A DNA stretch of 64,000 nt, from positions 1 to 64,000 of IMG/VR virus record IMGVR_UViG_3300032303_003166, one strand, 5' to 3'. Positions within the stretch are counted from its first letter, which is position 1, and the number at the start of each line of letters is the position of its first letter. Shown piece by piece: positions 39,133 through 48,967 of this stretch. This stretch comes from a virus (taxonomy: Duplodnaviria > Caudoviricetes). Below the pieces are notes generated by a model. It was not told where the DNA came from, did no database searches, and worked only from the letters and a program-made list of their open reading frames with translations. The position numbers and the translations under genes were made by a program.

Positions 39133-39315
39133 AAGTCTAATATAACAGGAGCCAAAGAGAATGTAAAAAAGTTATCTAACTTTTTTACTAGAATGACAAA
39201 ACAACAAAAAAGGAGCATTTCTGCTCCTTCTAAGTTGTTGTCTGGTATATACTTATTTTTGATCAAACTGACGAAACCGCGCAGGATGATGAAATCAAGC
39301 TAACGCCGTATGGTA

Positions 39316-40272
39316 CTACAGCCCTAGGCTTTCTGTGAGGTCTGAGAGCTCTTGGTACATAATTGTAGCAACTTTCTTTTCACTAAGACCACTAAAACCA
39401 CTATGTGACTCATAAATGTCTTTAAGAACTGAAGTTAATTCACTCTTGTCTACAACCTCAAGCAACTCACCATTGCAATTGTCATTTACCATTTCAATAA
39501 CTGAATTCCAGGTTTTAACCACTGTTTCTTTAGCAATGTGTCTGGCCTTTGAAGAGGTAACTTTTACTGGATCACCATGATAATTCTTAGGATCTAGTCC
39601 ATCAACTCCAGAGTCTGCAGGATTTCCTTTTCTGCCATAAGTTTCTGCTTTTTGATGAGCTTCTTTTTCGCCTACTCCATGATCATATTCAAGATCTATG
39701 CCAGGATATTTATCTTCATAGTCTTCAGATGTCATTGGATCATCATAATCTTGTTCATCAGAGACATGATCAGGCATTAGGCCTGGTTCATCATATGCAG
39801 TGTTTGGATCATCATATAGTCCTTCTTGAAGAGCACGTTTAGCCTGCTCAAAAATACTAAGACTGTTTTTTTGTGAAGAAGCTTTATCCCTATTAAGTTG
39901 AGTTCCAGCTACAAGAAGATCTGCTTTTGTTTCTGAGGGTAGATTTTTCATATCACTCATACTTAAATCTGCTTCGTCTGCTGCCACTTTCATAGGATCT
40001 TTTTCCATTTCAAAAAGAGCATCTCTTACGGCTTCTCTAATCAAAGCTTTTAATTCACTTTTGGAAATAGAAATAGAATCATTGTTTCTTGATTCTAAAA
40101 TTTTATTGGATGAAACAGGAGCCATGATCTCATCAATTGATGGAGAAGTGTCTTTTTTCATAAGCTTTAGAATTGAAGAGGTATCTACTCCACCAGGATC
40201 TCTACCAAAGGTAGATTCTAGAAGACCAAATCCACCACCTTGAACATCATTCATTACTTCTGCTATTCCCAT
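39316..40272 (-). CDS. Acidic putative internal head protein
   Basis: LLES, ILES, LKALIRE and LQEG sites. Confidence 0.5.
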   Translation of the reverse strand: MGIAEVMNDVQGGGFGLLESTFGRDPGGVDTSSILKLMKKDTSPSIDEIMAPVSSNKILESRNNDSISISKSELKALIREAVRDALFEMEKDPMKVAADEADLSMSDMKNLPSETKADLLVAGTQLNRDKASSQKNSLSIFEQAKRALQEGLYDDPNTAYDEPGLMPDHVSDEQDYDDPMTSEDYEDKYPGIDLEYDHGVGEKEAHQKAETYGRKGNPADSGVDGLDPKNYHGDPVKVTSSKARHIAKETVVKTWNSVIEMVNDNCNGELLEVVDKSELTSVLKDIYESHSGFSGLSEKKVATIMYQELSDLTESLGL

Positions 40273-40277
40273 GCTAT

Positions 40278-40643
40278 TTAACCTTTAAAATATTGCTTGC
40301 CATTCTCTGCGCGCACATATCCCTGTTGTAGTTGTTCTTGTGGAGCGCTCTGTTCTAGAGGAGCAGGAGCTTCACCTAAGGAGTTATTATTAACTGTTGC
40401 TTCGGCATTTTCTCCAACTTTACCAAGATTATATATGGTATCAGAAAGAGTCATGATTGCTTGTTCAATTTCATTGATATATTCAATTGCAGGATTGGTC
40501 TCTAAAGGAATTCTTCTTTGCATTTCACCATCAAAATTTGAGCTATCAGCAATAACTTGAGCCAGACTTGCTTTTGCTTCACCGAGCTTCTTTCGTGCAT
40601 CTTCAACAAGTTTTAATAGTGATGTATAATTTTTTCCAGCCAC
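40278..40643 (-). CDS. Hypothetical protein
   Basis: GTG start, AAGGA RBS, promoter motif at 40660. Confidence 0.6.
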   Translation of the reverse strand: MAGKNYTSLLKLVEDARKKLGEAKASLAQVIADSSNFDGEMQRRIPLETNPAIEYINEIEQAIMTLSDTIYNLGKVGENAEATVNNNSLGEAPAPLEQSAPQEQLQQGYVRAENGKQYFKG

Positions 40644-40684
40644 TTTATTATCCTTTTTTTAATTAGTTCTTTTTGTCACAATAT

Positions 40685-43144
40685 CTAGTGTCTTACAGCT
40701 ATGACTATGTGAGCGTATCTTTCATCAAGCCAGGTGATTCCAGACGATCCATAAATAGAAGTTAATATATTTCTTGTAGTTATGTCACAAGAACAGCTAT
40801 CATGCGATACAAGAATGAGTATATCTCCTGCTTCTACACTTTCTAGAGTTGAGTTAAGTGAGGCTATTCCAGGAGGATTTTGGTAAGTGTTAAAACTAAC
40901 AGTGGCCTTGGTTGATCCATTTGTATGGTCTATTATGGCAAGAGTATGACCTACTATCATAGGATGACCAATTCCAATAGACGAATCAGATGCTATTGTA
41001 GTTCCATTCACATTGATGTAGCTACCAACAGGTGGATCACCATTTGTAATAGATACAGCCTCAATAACTTGGTCAAATAATGTTCTAGTTGCAGTTCGTG
41101 GTCCAAACATTAGATAATCTTCATATGTAGGATATAGGTCAAACGGATTAAAAGGATCGGTGGTGGTGCCATTCCATAGAGTCAAGTCAAACTCATTTGG
41201 TGAACTGTCTTTAAGACCTTGAAGAGCATTTTCACCTGGAACAGTATATAACATAAGTTGAGTTCCATCAATAACTGGGAGTGGTTTACTTATTGCACCG
41301 TTTTCTCCATAAGCATATTCACTTATTCCGTCTATAATTCTTACGTTGGAAACATACCCATAAAACCTAGCCATGTCAGCATATTGACCAAAAACGATAT
41401 AACTAGATATTCCATCTCTATCTGTAAGTAGTGGAGAATTTTGTAATGGATCATACGCAGATGTTCCTTCAACCACTCCATTAACATAAAGATTGAGAAC
41501 TCCATCATTTGCTGTTACTGCAATGTGGTACCATTTATTGATGTCTAATATTGTGGTACCACATATGTACTTTAATCCTGAATTGTACCAATAAAAAGAT
41601 AGACGTCTATCCGCCAGTGGGCCAAAGGACCAGGTAAGTCCAGAATATGGTGGAAGTGCACCATAAGAAATTGCTGAAGGAACGTCAATATCATTTGTTA
41701 CTGGGTTACTTGTCATACAAATCCAAGCTTCAACGGTAAATGTGTTTTGAGTGTTAGAAAATAACACCTGACTTCCAGTATTAACGGAAGCAAAGTCTGA
41801 TCCAGTTCCTCCCATTTGTAGTCTAAGACTTCCATATGGATATGGAACAGGATGAGAATCTTCCCAAACAACATCGTGATTGATAACTGTTTTATGAGAG
41901 GGAGATGCATCATGATATGGATAAGTTTGAAGAGCTTGTAAAACAAGTATAGGTTGAGTGAAAATTGATTCGGATATAAGTCGGGTACGGGCCCATGGAT
42001 TAAACTCATATAGATATCTAGCAGATTTGCATATTTTGATTCCGGTCAAAAGACCATCATAAAGACCAATAGAACTAGCTGGATCAGCAAGATTAACCTG
42101 CTCTACACCAATATACAAGGGTCCGGTAGAATTAGAAGGCGTCCATGATGTTGACCCCCAGGTCCCAGCAATGGAGCCATTGTAAAAAATAGTTAAGTTT
42201 CCATTATATTTGACTATTGCTACGTGTATCCATTTTTGAGCAGGAGGAGCAGTTATAGTAATGGTGCCACCTATTATTAGAAGTCCAGACAAAGAAGAAT
42301 AGGTTACGCTAATATCATCAATTGGATTTGCAGTCACTTGACTCAGTATACCATGAGTTGTTTCAAAGCCAGGGTTTATCCACATCCAAAATTCAATTGT
42401 AAAATCTCCAGGAAGTGAAAAGTCATTGCTTGCGGGAATTGATAAGTAATCACCAATAGTAGGTTCACCTGTTACAAAGCGGTAACTGCCCCACACAGGG
42501 CTTGTGTCCTCAATTCGCACTCTTTTGGTTCTTACTACCTCTCCAGATTTACTTACAGTATGTAACTCTATTTCAAAAGATTGTGGTCCCTCAGTTAGTA
42601 TGTCGTCTTTTACCAGGATGTCAAAAGTGCCTGTATTAGAATTGATCTTGAAAGAGCCAGATGTCTTTCCAAAGTCTCGTTCTTGTGTTGTAAGATGATT
42701 TAGTGTCCAGTAAAGAGTTGTGTCATCTGGAACATTGCGAGTATGAACCGTGTAGGTGGTTGTGGTGTCTTCATTTATGATTGAATGACCAGCAATTCTA
42801 TAGGGAGATGGCGGAGTAGATGATTGAATGAGAGGCTGATGATTTCCGGAAAAATAGATAAAGTTACGTCTTTCAGTTACAGTAAGAATCTGATCTTGCA
42901 TAAGATTATCCACAAATTCTTTTGCAGTCTCTTCTTTATTGAAGGCAGCAACAAAATCCTTAGGTCCAATGTCTGTTTGTTCAAGCAAATCATTTAAGGT
43001 ATAATCATACTCTGAACGAGAATAAACTGCAATTTTACTTAAAAATTCTTTTAGCTTAGGAGGAGGAGACATAATTTGATCAACTCTGTCTATGAGTTGA
43101 TTGACCATTGCCTCTGTTTGTGTATTCTCTCGTAGATTCATCAT
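40685..43144 (-). CDS. Virion adhesin-like protein: Calx-beta-like, two LamG/ConA domains, ILEI-like domain
   Basis: DDILTEGPQSF; DFTIEFW...WIHVAIV; FTVEAWI...WYHIAV...LYVNG; C-terminal FNTY...ILVSHD. Confidence 0.75.
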   Translation of the reverse strand: MMNLRENTQTEAMVNQLIDRVDQIMSPPPKLKEFLSKIAVYSRSEYDYTLNDLLEQTDIGPKDFVAAFNKEETAKEFVDNLMQDQILTVTERRNFIYFSGNHQPLIQSSTPPSPYRIAGHSIINEDTTTTYTVHTRNVPDDTTLYWTLNHLTTQERDFGKTSGSFKINSNTGTFDILVKDDILTEGPQSFEIELHTVSKSGEVVRTKRVRIEDTSPVWGSYRFVTGEPTIGDYLSIPASNDFSLPGDFTIEFWMWINPGFETTHGILSQVTANPIDDISVTYSSLSGLLIIGGTITITAPPAQKWIHVAIVKYNGNLTIFYNGSIAGTWGSTSWTPSNSTGPLYIGVEQVNLADPASSIGLYDGLLTGIKICKSARYLYEFNPWARTRLISESIFTQPILVLQALQTYPYHDASPSHKTVINHDVVWEDSHPVPYPYGSLRLQMGGTGSDFASVNTGSQVLFSNTQNTFTVEAWICMTSNPVTNDIDVPSAISYGALPPYSGLTWSFGPLADRRLSFYWYNSGLKYICGTTILDINKWYHIAVTANDGVLNLYVNGVVEGTSAYDPLQNSPLLTDRDGISSYIVFGQYADMARFYGYVSNVRIIDGISEYAYGENGAISKPLPVIDGTQLMLYTVPGENALQGLKDSSPNEFDLTLWNGTTTDPFNPFDLYPTYEDYLMFGPRTATRTLFDQVIEAVSITNGDPPVGSYINVNGTTIASDSSIGIGHPMIVGHTLAIIDHTNGSTKATVSFNTYQNPPGIASLNSTLESVEAGDILILVSHDSCSCDITTRNILTSIYGSSGITWLDERYAHIVIAVRH

Positions 43145-43158
43145 AGCTTAATTAGTCA

Positions 43159-43539
43159 TTATTCTGATTCTAATGAAGAAAATATAGTACTATCAATTTT
43201 TTCTTGAATTAGTTCATCAATAACTGTGGATATATCAGACGGCAAGTCATCAATAATACGTGATAACGTGGATTTTAGATTTTGTGATAGTGAGATAAAT
43301 GTATTAAAGTTGGTTTTGACCGATCCGTCAGACTGCTCTTCATCATCAGAATACTTAATGTATAGATCTCCTATAAGAGGAAGTCTTATGGTCATTGCTT
43401 TTTCAGGATCTCTTGAAAATTTCTCAACAATATTAATAAAAGTAAATTCATAAACCTCTTGTATAACGCTCTTATTTATTCCAGTAAGCGCGGAAACTTC
43501 TTCAATAGAATGCTTGTCCTCTAGTGTAAAATCAATCAT
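43159..43539 (-). CDS. HU/IHF-like DNA-binding protein
   Basis: IEEVSALTGINKSVIQEV...IRLPLIGDL. Confidence 0.55.
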   Translation of the reverse strand: MIDFTLEDKHSIEEVSALTGINKSVIQEVYEFTFINIVEKFSRDPEKAMTIRLPLIGDLYIKYSDDEEQSDGSVKTNFNTFISLSQNLKSTLSRIIDDLPSDISTVIDELIQEKIDSTIFSSLESE

Positions 43540-44899
43540 TTTTTTCTCCTAATTCTTCAGTCATATAAGAAATTATATATTCTTTTGTGTAGTTAGCTTT
43601 ATAATATAACACGTTATCGGATTCCATTTTTTGAATTAAAGGTAAATCAGATCCGCCTTTAATGCTTAAAAGCCAAGAAATAAAAGCTGTTGCATAGGTT
43701 TCTGAAACTCCAGAGGCGCTTTGAGCCTGGTCCTTTGAAGCCAAGTTGTTGTCTTTTCCTAGTAAGAATAGTGAAGAAATAAACTTTTCAAGAGACTTTA
43801 CTTGAGAGGTTGTCATTATTCCGGCGCGATATCTTTTTTTCTCTACCTTGGGCCTGGCTTTCATTGTGCTAGTTGGATGATTTTCCACAACAATTTCAGG
43901 TTCTTTTTCTTCTGAAATTGGTTCAGACTCCAAAATTGGTTCAGTTTCTTCTATTTGAAGAGGCTCTTCTAAAACTTCACTTATCTTTTCTTTTTTAGGC
44001 GTACTTTTGGCTACTCTTTTTTTAGGCGCTGCTAGCACTTCTTCTTCATCTCCATACAGTTTTCTACGTATCTTACTAATTTTTTCAGGAGTAAAATCTT
44101 CTCCTAAGAAATGAATAAGATGCTCTCTATCAATTTTAATTGATGGAGATGTTATAATAATGCCTAATTCTATTAGAACAGAGATTAGCGTAAGCAAGAA
44201 TAGTCTTAGAGTGTTCTCTGTTATAAATGAGAAAATAGTGTTCTTAAGAGTATTTGCCATTAACTGAAAGACGTTAGAAGTGCTCTTGGTGGTTTCTTTT
44301 TCTTTTATTTGTTGTAGTTTTAGCGTGCCAACTTCATCATTGTACTTGGAAATTGCATCTTGTTTTTCTGTTATTTTTGTTTCATAGGACACAATTTGAT
44401 CAGAAAGTTTATTGAAAGAGGAGGTGTAGCCTTGAGGCAAACTTTTTTGTTGTGTTTGAAGAGTGGCAATTCTTTCTTTGTAAGAGAGCACATCTGCTTC
44501 ATAGGTTGAAATGCTTTCTATTTTTTGTTGAAGTACAATGGCTGTGGGAGAGCTCTGGGCTTGTTCATAAGACCGGTCTAGTACGTTAAGAGTAAATGCA
44601 AAACTGGCAATGATGCTTACAAGTATGGATCCAATATAGATTCCATAATTAAGCCAGGCTTCATATTTTAGCTCCAGATGCAATAGTGTGTTTGCCTTTA
44701 TAAGCAAATAGACTTTTAGTAACTCAAGAGTTACAGCAAATGTAAGCATGACAAGCTGGTCAAACGGATCAGATGCTGTGTGTAAGAACAAATTTACACT
44801 AATAAAAGAACTAAGAGCCACAAAAAGAATGAATGCAATGTATTTGACCGCAACGAAAACTTTTGAAGATGAAATTTCTTTTTTGTCTTTTTTCGCCAA
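43532..44899 (-). CDS. Membrane protein (3 TM, coiled coil, TM, cytoplasmic tail)
   Basis: Hydrophobicity and heptad pattern. Confidence 0.65.
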   Translation of the reverse strand: MAKKDKKEISSSKVFVAVKYIAFILFVALSSFISVNLFLHTASDPFDQLVMLTFAVTLELLKVYLLIKANTLLHLELKYEAWLNYGIYIGSILVSIIASFAFTLNVLDRSYEQAQSSPTAIVLQQKIESISTYEADVLSYKERIATLQTQQKSLPQGYTSSFNKLSDQIVSYETKITEKQDAISKYNDEVGTLKLQQIKEKETTKSTSNVFQLMANTLKNTIFSFITENTLRLFLLTLISVLIELGIIITSPSIKIDREHLIHFLGEDFTPEKISKIRRKLYGDEEEVLAAPKKRVAKSTPKKEKISEVLEEPLQIEETEPILESEPISEEKEPEIVVENHPTSTMKARPKVEKKRYRAGIMTTSQVKSLEKFISSLFLLGKDNNLASKDQAQSASGVSETYATAFISWLLSIKGGSDLPLIQKMESDNVLYYKANYTKEYIISYMTEELGEKND

Positions 44900-44952
44900 T
44901 GTACACCTCTAAAATAATATAACCCATTTAATTAGTCCTATACTAAATAGAT

Positions 44953-45372
44953 ATGGACACAAAAACATCAAATTTTGAACGTGGAACATTCTCTTGGTGG
45001 GAAAAACTTCTAGGACCCAATGGAGTTGGAAACCAAATAATTTCGTTTGTTAATAAGAATCTTATTCCCACAATTGATACCATAATGACCCGCGCTTTTG
45101 GTAAAAACTATAGTTATGAAAAAGTTGGAGCAGATCTAACTCCTATTATTCAAGGAAAAATTCTTTCAGGCTTTGAATTTAAAACCGTATTTTATGTAGA
45201 AATAATTGAAAACTTTGATGGTAACACTCAAGATGTAGATGATGATACAGAATTTTTCTATGACTCTCTTAGAAAATTAAGAGGAATTCAGGTAAATGAA
45301 GATTCAGTAAAAATTGACACTCAAAGTGGTAGAATTACACTTACCATGAAAATTCCTTTACAGGCAGTATAA
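44953..45372 (+). CDS. Hypothetical late protein
   Basis: Leaderless start after TACTAAATA. Confidence 0.6.
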   Translation: MDTKTSNFERGTFSWWEKLLGPNGVGNQIISFVNKNLIPTIDTIMTRAFGKNYSYEKVGADLTPIIQGKILSGFEFKTVFYVEIIENFDGNTQDVDDDTEFFYDSLRKLRGIQVNEDSVKIDTQSGRITLTMKIPLQAV

Positions 45373-45375
45373 CAC

Positions 45376-46500
45376 ATGGCAGATATTTTCAATACCTTAA
45401 AAGGTTATACTGACATTCAAAAAAGAGACACCTGGTCTCTCACCGGTCAAAACTATATTACCTCAACAAGCACCGTATACACCAAAGGAACTCTTTATAA
45501 GATTAACTTTCCCACTTCAGTTATTCATGGCGGGCTTGTTCTTGCTCTTGATACTTTTTCCAGTTCAACTCTTTTAACCTGGCAAACCATTGAGATTATA
45601 GATTCAACAGCCGGATATATTTCTTTTTCACAACATGTTATCAATCCCTATTTTTCATTAATACTTACTCCTGCAAAAGTAACCGCCATAAGCGCAATTC
45701 CAGTCAACACTAGCTTTATTCCTTATGAAATACCTGCCTATTCAGTGGTGGTGCCAGATGATGAGCTTGATAGAATTCTTCTTGAAGTAGGAGTTCCATT
45801 TGTAGAACTCGAAGAGTTGGAATTCACAAAAGAACAGATTTTATCTTTAATGATAAAGCCGGCGCTTGACCTATATTTTAAATGGTTTCCTAAAATTAAA
45901 TCTCAGGTTTATCCTATGTCATCAATTTCTTTTGATGTTCCTGTGCCAGTAGGAGCATATGACGCTCATAGAGTTTTTGTAATTCAAGGAAATCCTGCTA
46001 CTGTTCCCACCAACGGCCCTGCTAACCCGCTATTGAGATATTTTGATGAAGGTATTTTCTCAATGATGAATGGACTGACCAAAAGGTCCAAGTCTCAGAT
46101 TGGTAGAACCATGGGAAATAACTATGCAACCATGTCAGCAAATAGAGCTGTACTTCAAGGCATGACCAACTATATGCAACGCATATACTTTAAGACAGAA
46201 AAAGACGATCTTGGAGTCAAGCACGTTACTGGTTATAGTTTAAAGATGGGTTATTTACAGATTGAATGGGCTTACTCTTCTAACAATTGGTCAGATGTAG
46301 AATTTAGACTCATACAGGATGTACGTGAGCTTGCTGCAGCTAAAGTGTTACGAGCAGTTGGTCAATTAAGAGGCCAGGTTAAAAGTGATATTCCTGGAAC
46401 AGTAGATTATGACGCTTTTGTAAGCAGAGCTAGTGATCTGGAAGATAAAATTATTGGCAAGTGGGAAGAGTGGACAAAAGTTGCAATTGTTCGTTCTTAA
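45376..46500 (+). CDS. Neck/head-tail adaptor (gp13-like) with N-terminal extension
   Basis: ILLEVGVP...EQI....KPALDLYFKWFP; ELAAAKV..AVG..R. Confidence 0.55.
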   Translation: MADIFNTLKGYTDIQKRDTWSLTGQNYITSTSTVYTKGTLYKINFPTSVIHGGLVLALDTFSSSTLLTWQTIEIIDSTAGYISFSQHVINPYFSLILTPAKVTAISAIPVNTSFIPYEIPAYSVVVPDDELDRILLEVGVPFVELEELEFTKEQILSLMIKPALDLYFKWFPKIKSQVYPMSSISFDVPVPVGAYDAHRVFVIQGNPATVPTNGPANPLLRYFDEGIFSMMNGLTKRSKSQIGRTMGNNYATMSANRAVLQGMTNYMQRIYFKTEKDDLGVKHVTGYSLKMGYLQIEWAYSSNNWSDVEFRLIQDVRELAAAKVLRAVGQLRGQVKSDIPGTVDYDAFVSRASDLEDKIIGKWEEWTKVAIVRS

Positions 46501-46515
46501 TGATGGTATTAAAAC

Positions 46516-46542
46516 AAAAAAGAGCCTAAAGGCTCTTTTTTT
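46516..46542. terminator. Bidirectional intrinsic terminator
   Basis: AAAAAAGAGCC-taaa-GGCTCTTTTTTT. Confidence 0.8.
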
Positions 46543-46556
46543 ATTATAAAATGTTA

Positions 46557-48611
46557 TTAAGCTATTTGTGACTGATAAGCTACTTGAGAAACACCATCAA
46601 TTGACTCTGCTGCTGCTTGAAGATCTGAAAAAGACTTAATTGTTCTCCATTTTGGATCAGTTCCAATTCTATAAGACACTGGAGCAGCACTAAGAGATCT
46701 ATTAATTGATTGTGCTCTGTCATTCTGTGTTCCTAAGAATCCAGACTTGGCTTTTCCACTTATATTCTGGCCAGTTTGAGCTATGTTATATAGATACATA
46801 CCAAGAATTTTTTTAGAAAGATCTGCTGGAAGAGGCTGAACTTGTTGTTGGCCAGTTGCTTTTTGTTGTGGTTGATTTCCTTTTTTACCCCACCAACCAA
46901 AATTTTTTCCAGCGTTGTATATTTTCCAAACGCTACCAGCCATTGCTAATGTTACTCCAATTGGTACTAAGAATGGAGAGGCTGCTACTCCTAATGCCAC
47001 CAATGATCCTCCAACAATCTTAGCTGCTGCAGACCCTATGTCTATTGCATTAGAGATTAAATCATCTCCTCCTACAGCGTTTACAACATCACCTACACCT
47101 CCACCTCCACCCGTAAAATCATAATTACCAGTATAACCTTGTAATCCAGAATTAGGCCCATGAATGAAATGATCTACAGGTTCTCCTGTTCCACCTGTGG
47201 CAGTACCAGCTGCAGTGTCTTCTGGTTGATGAGATGTGTCGGCTATCATTGCTTGTTCATCTGTATAATCCTTTGTTATATCATTGCCATTAATATCGTA
47301 AACGCCTATTACGTTTCCATTAGGATCTTTCATAATGCTAGTTGAACCAACACGCTCTATAGAGCTTCCATCTGGCTGAGGCTCAGGTGCGGCAGCTGGA
47401 GTAGGTGCAGCTGCAGGTGTGGCTGTACCAGTAGAATCCTCTTTATATAATTGATCTGGGGCCATAACTTCTATTAATTGATTTTCAAGAAACACAGTAG
47501 AAAGAGCTCTATTTAGAATGGACATTCCTTGAACTTCTGTTAACGATGATTTAGTTTTAATAGTGCTATTACCAAATCGTCTGGCTTTATTTTTATTTAG
47601 AGCGCGAGTTACATTTTTCTTATGTAAATCATTGTTAGATGAGGAAAGTTGTTCAATTGGAGCTTTATTAGCTGGCTCTTTGTTGGTTATTTTATTAACC
47701 GCGCTTATTAACGCATCAATAGCTTTTACGTTTGCTCTTGATAGCGATACTTCTATCTCAGGATTTTGAATGTTAAGCTGAGACAAGAGTTGATGAGCTT
47801 TGGCTTTTACTCTTTGTTTTACTTCAGAAGGACGATTATCCACATTTGCTGATGTAGGTGTTTGTTGTGGCTGTGCTGCATATGCTGCAGATTGAGTTTG
47901 TGCAGCTGTGGCAGTTGAGGTTGAAACAGAGGGCTCTCCAATTGGTTTTGTTGGCTGTTGTTTCTCTACTTCATTATTTGCTTTAGCTATTTGAGGGTTT
48001 TGTTTAACATATTGTTGAATTTCATTTTGAAGCTGTTTAGGATTAATTTTAGAATAAGGAGTAAGTTTATCTAGCACAAGCTTAATTTGATTATCATCAA
48101 CTTTTTTGTCGTTACCAAATCCAAGAATTCCTTCATTTAAATTATTTAATTCTTTTTCATATAGTTCAAGTGCTTCTTTTTCAGTAATAAATCCATGCTT
48201 TAATGAAAGTTCAATATATTCTACATATTTATAATCTGGTTTTACTTGGTTTTCTTTTATTATAATTTTTTTTTCAAACAATTCATGCTTATCATTTAGA
48301 TAGTTATGTTTACCAACTTTTATTTTATTAGAAAATGGATCAATGTTATAAGTCCAACCATTAAGCACAATATGCTTATCATAGTCTGGTTCACCATTAG
48401 CTTTAGGAAATAATTCTGCGTTATCTATTTGATGATCATGTTCTGCAACAGTAAAATAGTTTATGAAAGCTTCCCAAGCACCAGGATCTTTTTTATGAAT
48501 AACAAAGTCTGTGTCTGAATAATAATCAATCCTAAACATGTTTTCATTAGCCCATTCATGCTGCTTAATAAAATCATCTAGAGCTGGAACTCCAGTACGG
48601 TGTTTATCCAT
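46557..48611 (-). CDS. Modular putative internal/ejected virion protein with hydrophobic hairpin
   Basis: LxE sites; low-complexity linkers; Gly/Ala-rich segment IVGGSLVALGVAASPFLVPIGVTLAMAG. Confidence 0.5.
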   Translation of the reverse strand: MDKHRTGVPALDDFIKQHEWANENMFRIDYYSDTDFVIHKKDPGAWEAFINYFTVAEHDHQIDNAELFPKANGEPDYDKHIVLNGWTYNIDPFSNKIKVGKHNYLNDKHELFEKKIIIKENQVKPDYKYVEYIELSLKHGFITEKEALELYEKELNNLNEGILGFGNDKKVDDNQIKLVLDKLTPYSKINPKQLQNEIQQYVKQNPQIAKANNEVEKQQPTKPIGEPSVSTSTATAAQTQSAAYAAQPQQTPTSANVDNRPSEVKQRVKAKAHQLLSQLNIQNPEIEVSLSRANVKAIDALISAVNKITNKEPANKAPIEQLSSSNNDLHKKNVTRALNKNKARRFGNSTIKTKSSLTEVQGMSILNRALSTVFLENQLIEVMAPDQLYKEDSTGTATPAAAPTPAAAPEPQPDGSSIERVGSTSIMKDPNGNVIGVYDINGNDITKDYTDEQAMIADTSHQPEDTAAGTATGGTGEPVDHFIHGPNSGLQGYTGNYDFTGGGGGVGDVVNAVGGDDLISNAIDIGSAAAKIVGGSLVALGVAASPFLVPIGVTLAMAGSVWKIYNAGKNFGWWGKKGNQPQQKATGQQQVQPLPADLSKKILGMYLYNIAQTGQNISGKAKSGFLGTQNDRAQSINRSLSAAPVSYRIGTDPKWRTIKSFSDLQAAAESIDGVSQVAYQSQIA

Positions 48612-48655
48612 CTTAAATTACTCCTAAAGTTAATTAGTAACCAAAGATAAATATA

Positions 48656-48967
48656 TTATTTTTTGTCATCATTCCATTTTAAAAATAAAGCATTACACAT
48701 TATATGTGATAAGTGATTCATTCCGGATTCAGGATCAATTTTTTCACCGGACATGTATGAAACAGCATGTCTCATAAGAGCATTTTCATAACGCTCTCTA
48801 CTTACTTTTTTCCAATTATCAATCGCATATTTTTCAGCGCCATGCATAAGAACCTTAACAGTTTCTTCAAGCTGAGCCCAAGGAAGCAGTCTCCAATCCA
48901 GCTTGTCCTGATCAAACTTAATGCCCTCTAAGCTATCTAGGGCATGCTCTTCTCTATTTTGTGACAT
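48656..48967 (-). CDS. dATP/dGTP diphosphohydrolase domain protein (DUF5664)
   Basis: GIKFDQDK..W.LLP, HGAEKY..DNW, ALMRH, DPESG.NHL.H..CN. Confidence 0.85.
   Translation of the reverse strand: MSQNREEHALDSLEGIKFDQDKLDWRLLPWAQLEETVKVLMHGAEKYAIDNWKKVSRERYENALMRHAVSYMSGEKIDPESGMNHLSHIMCNALFLKWNDDKK

Noticed and set aside
39268-39300. Hammerhead-like CTGACGA...GAAA
   Set aside because: Could not build a convincing stem II or stems I/III.
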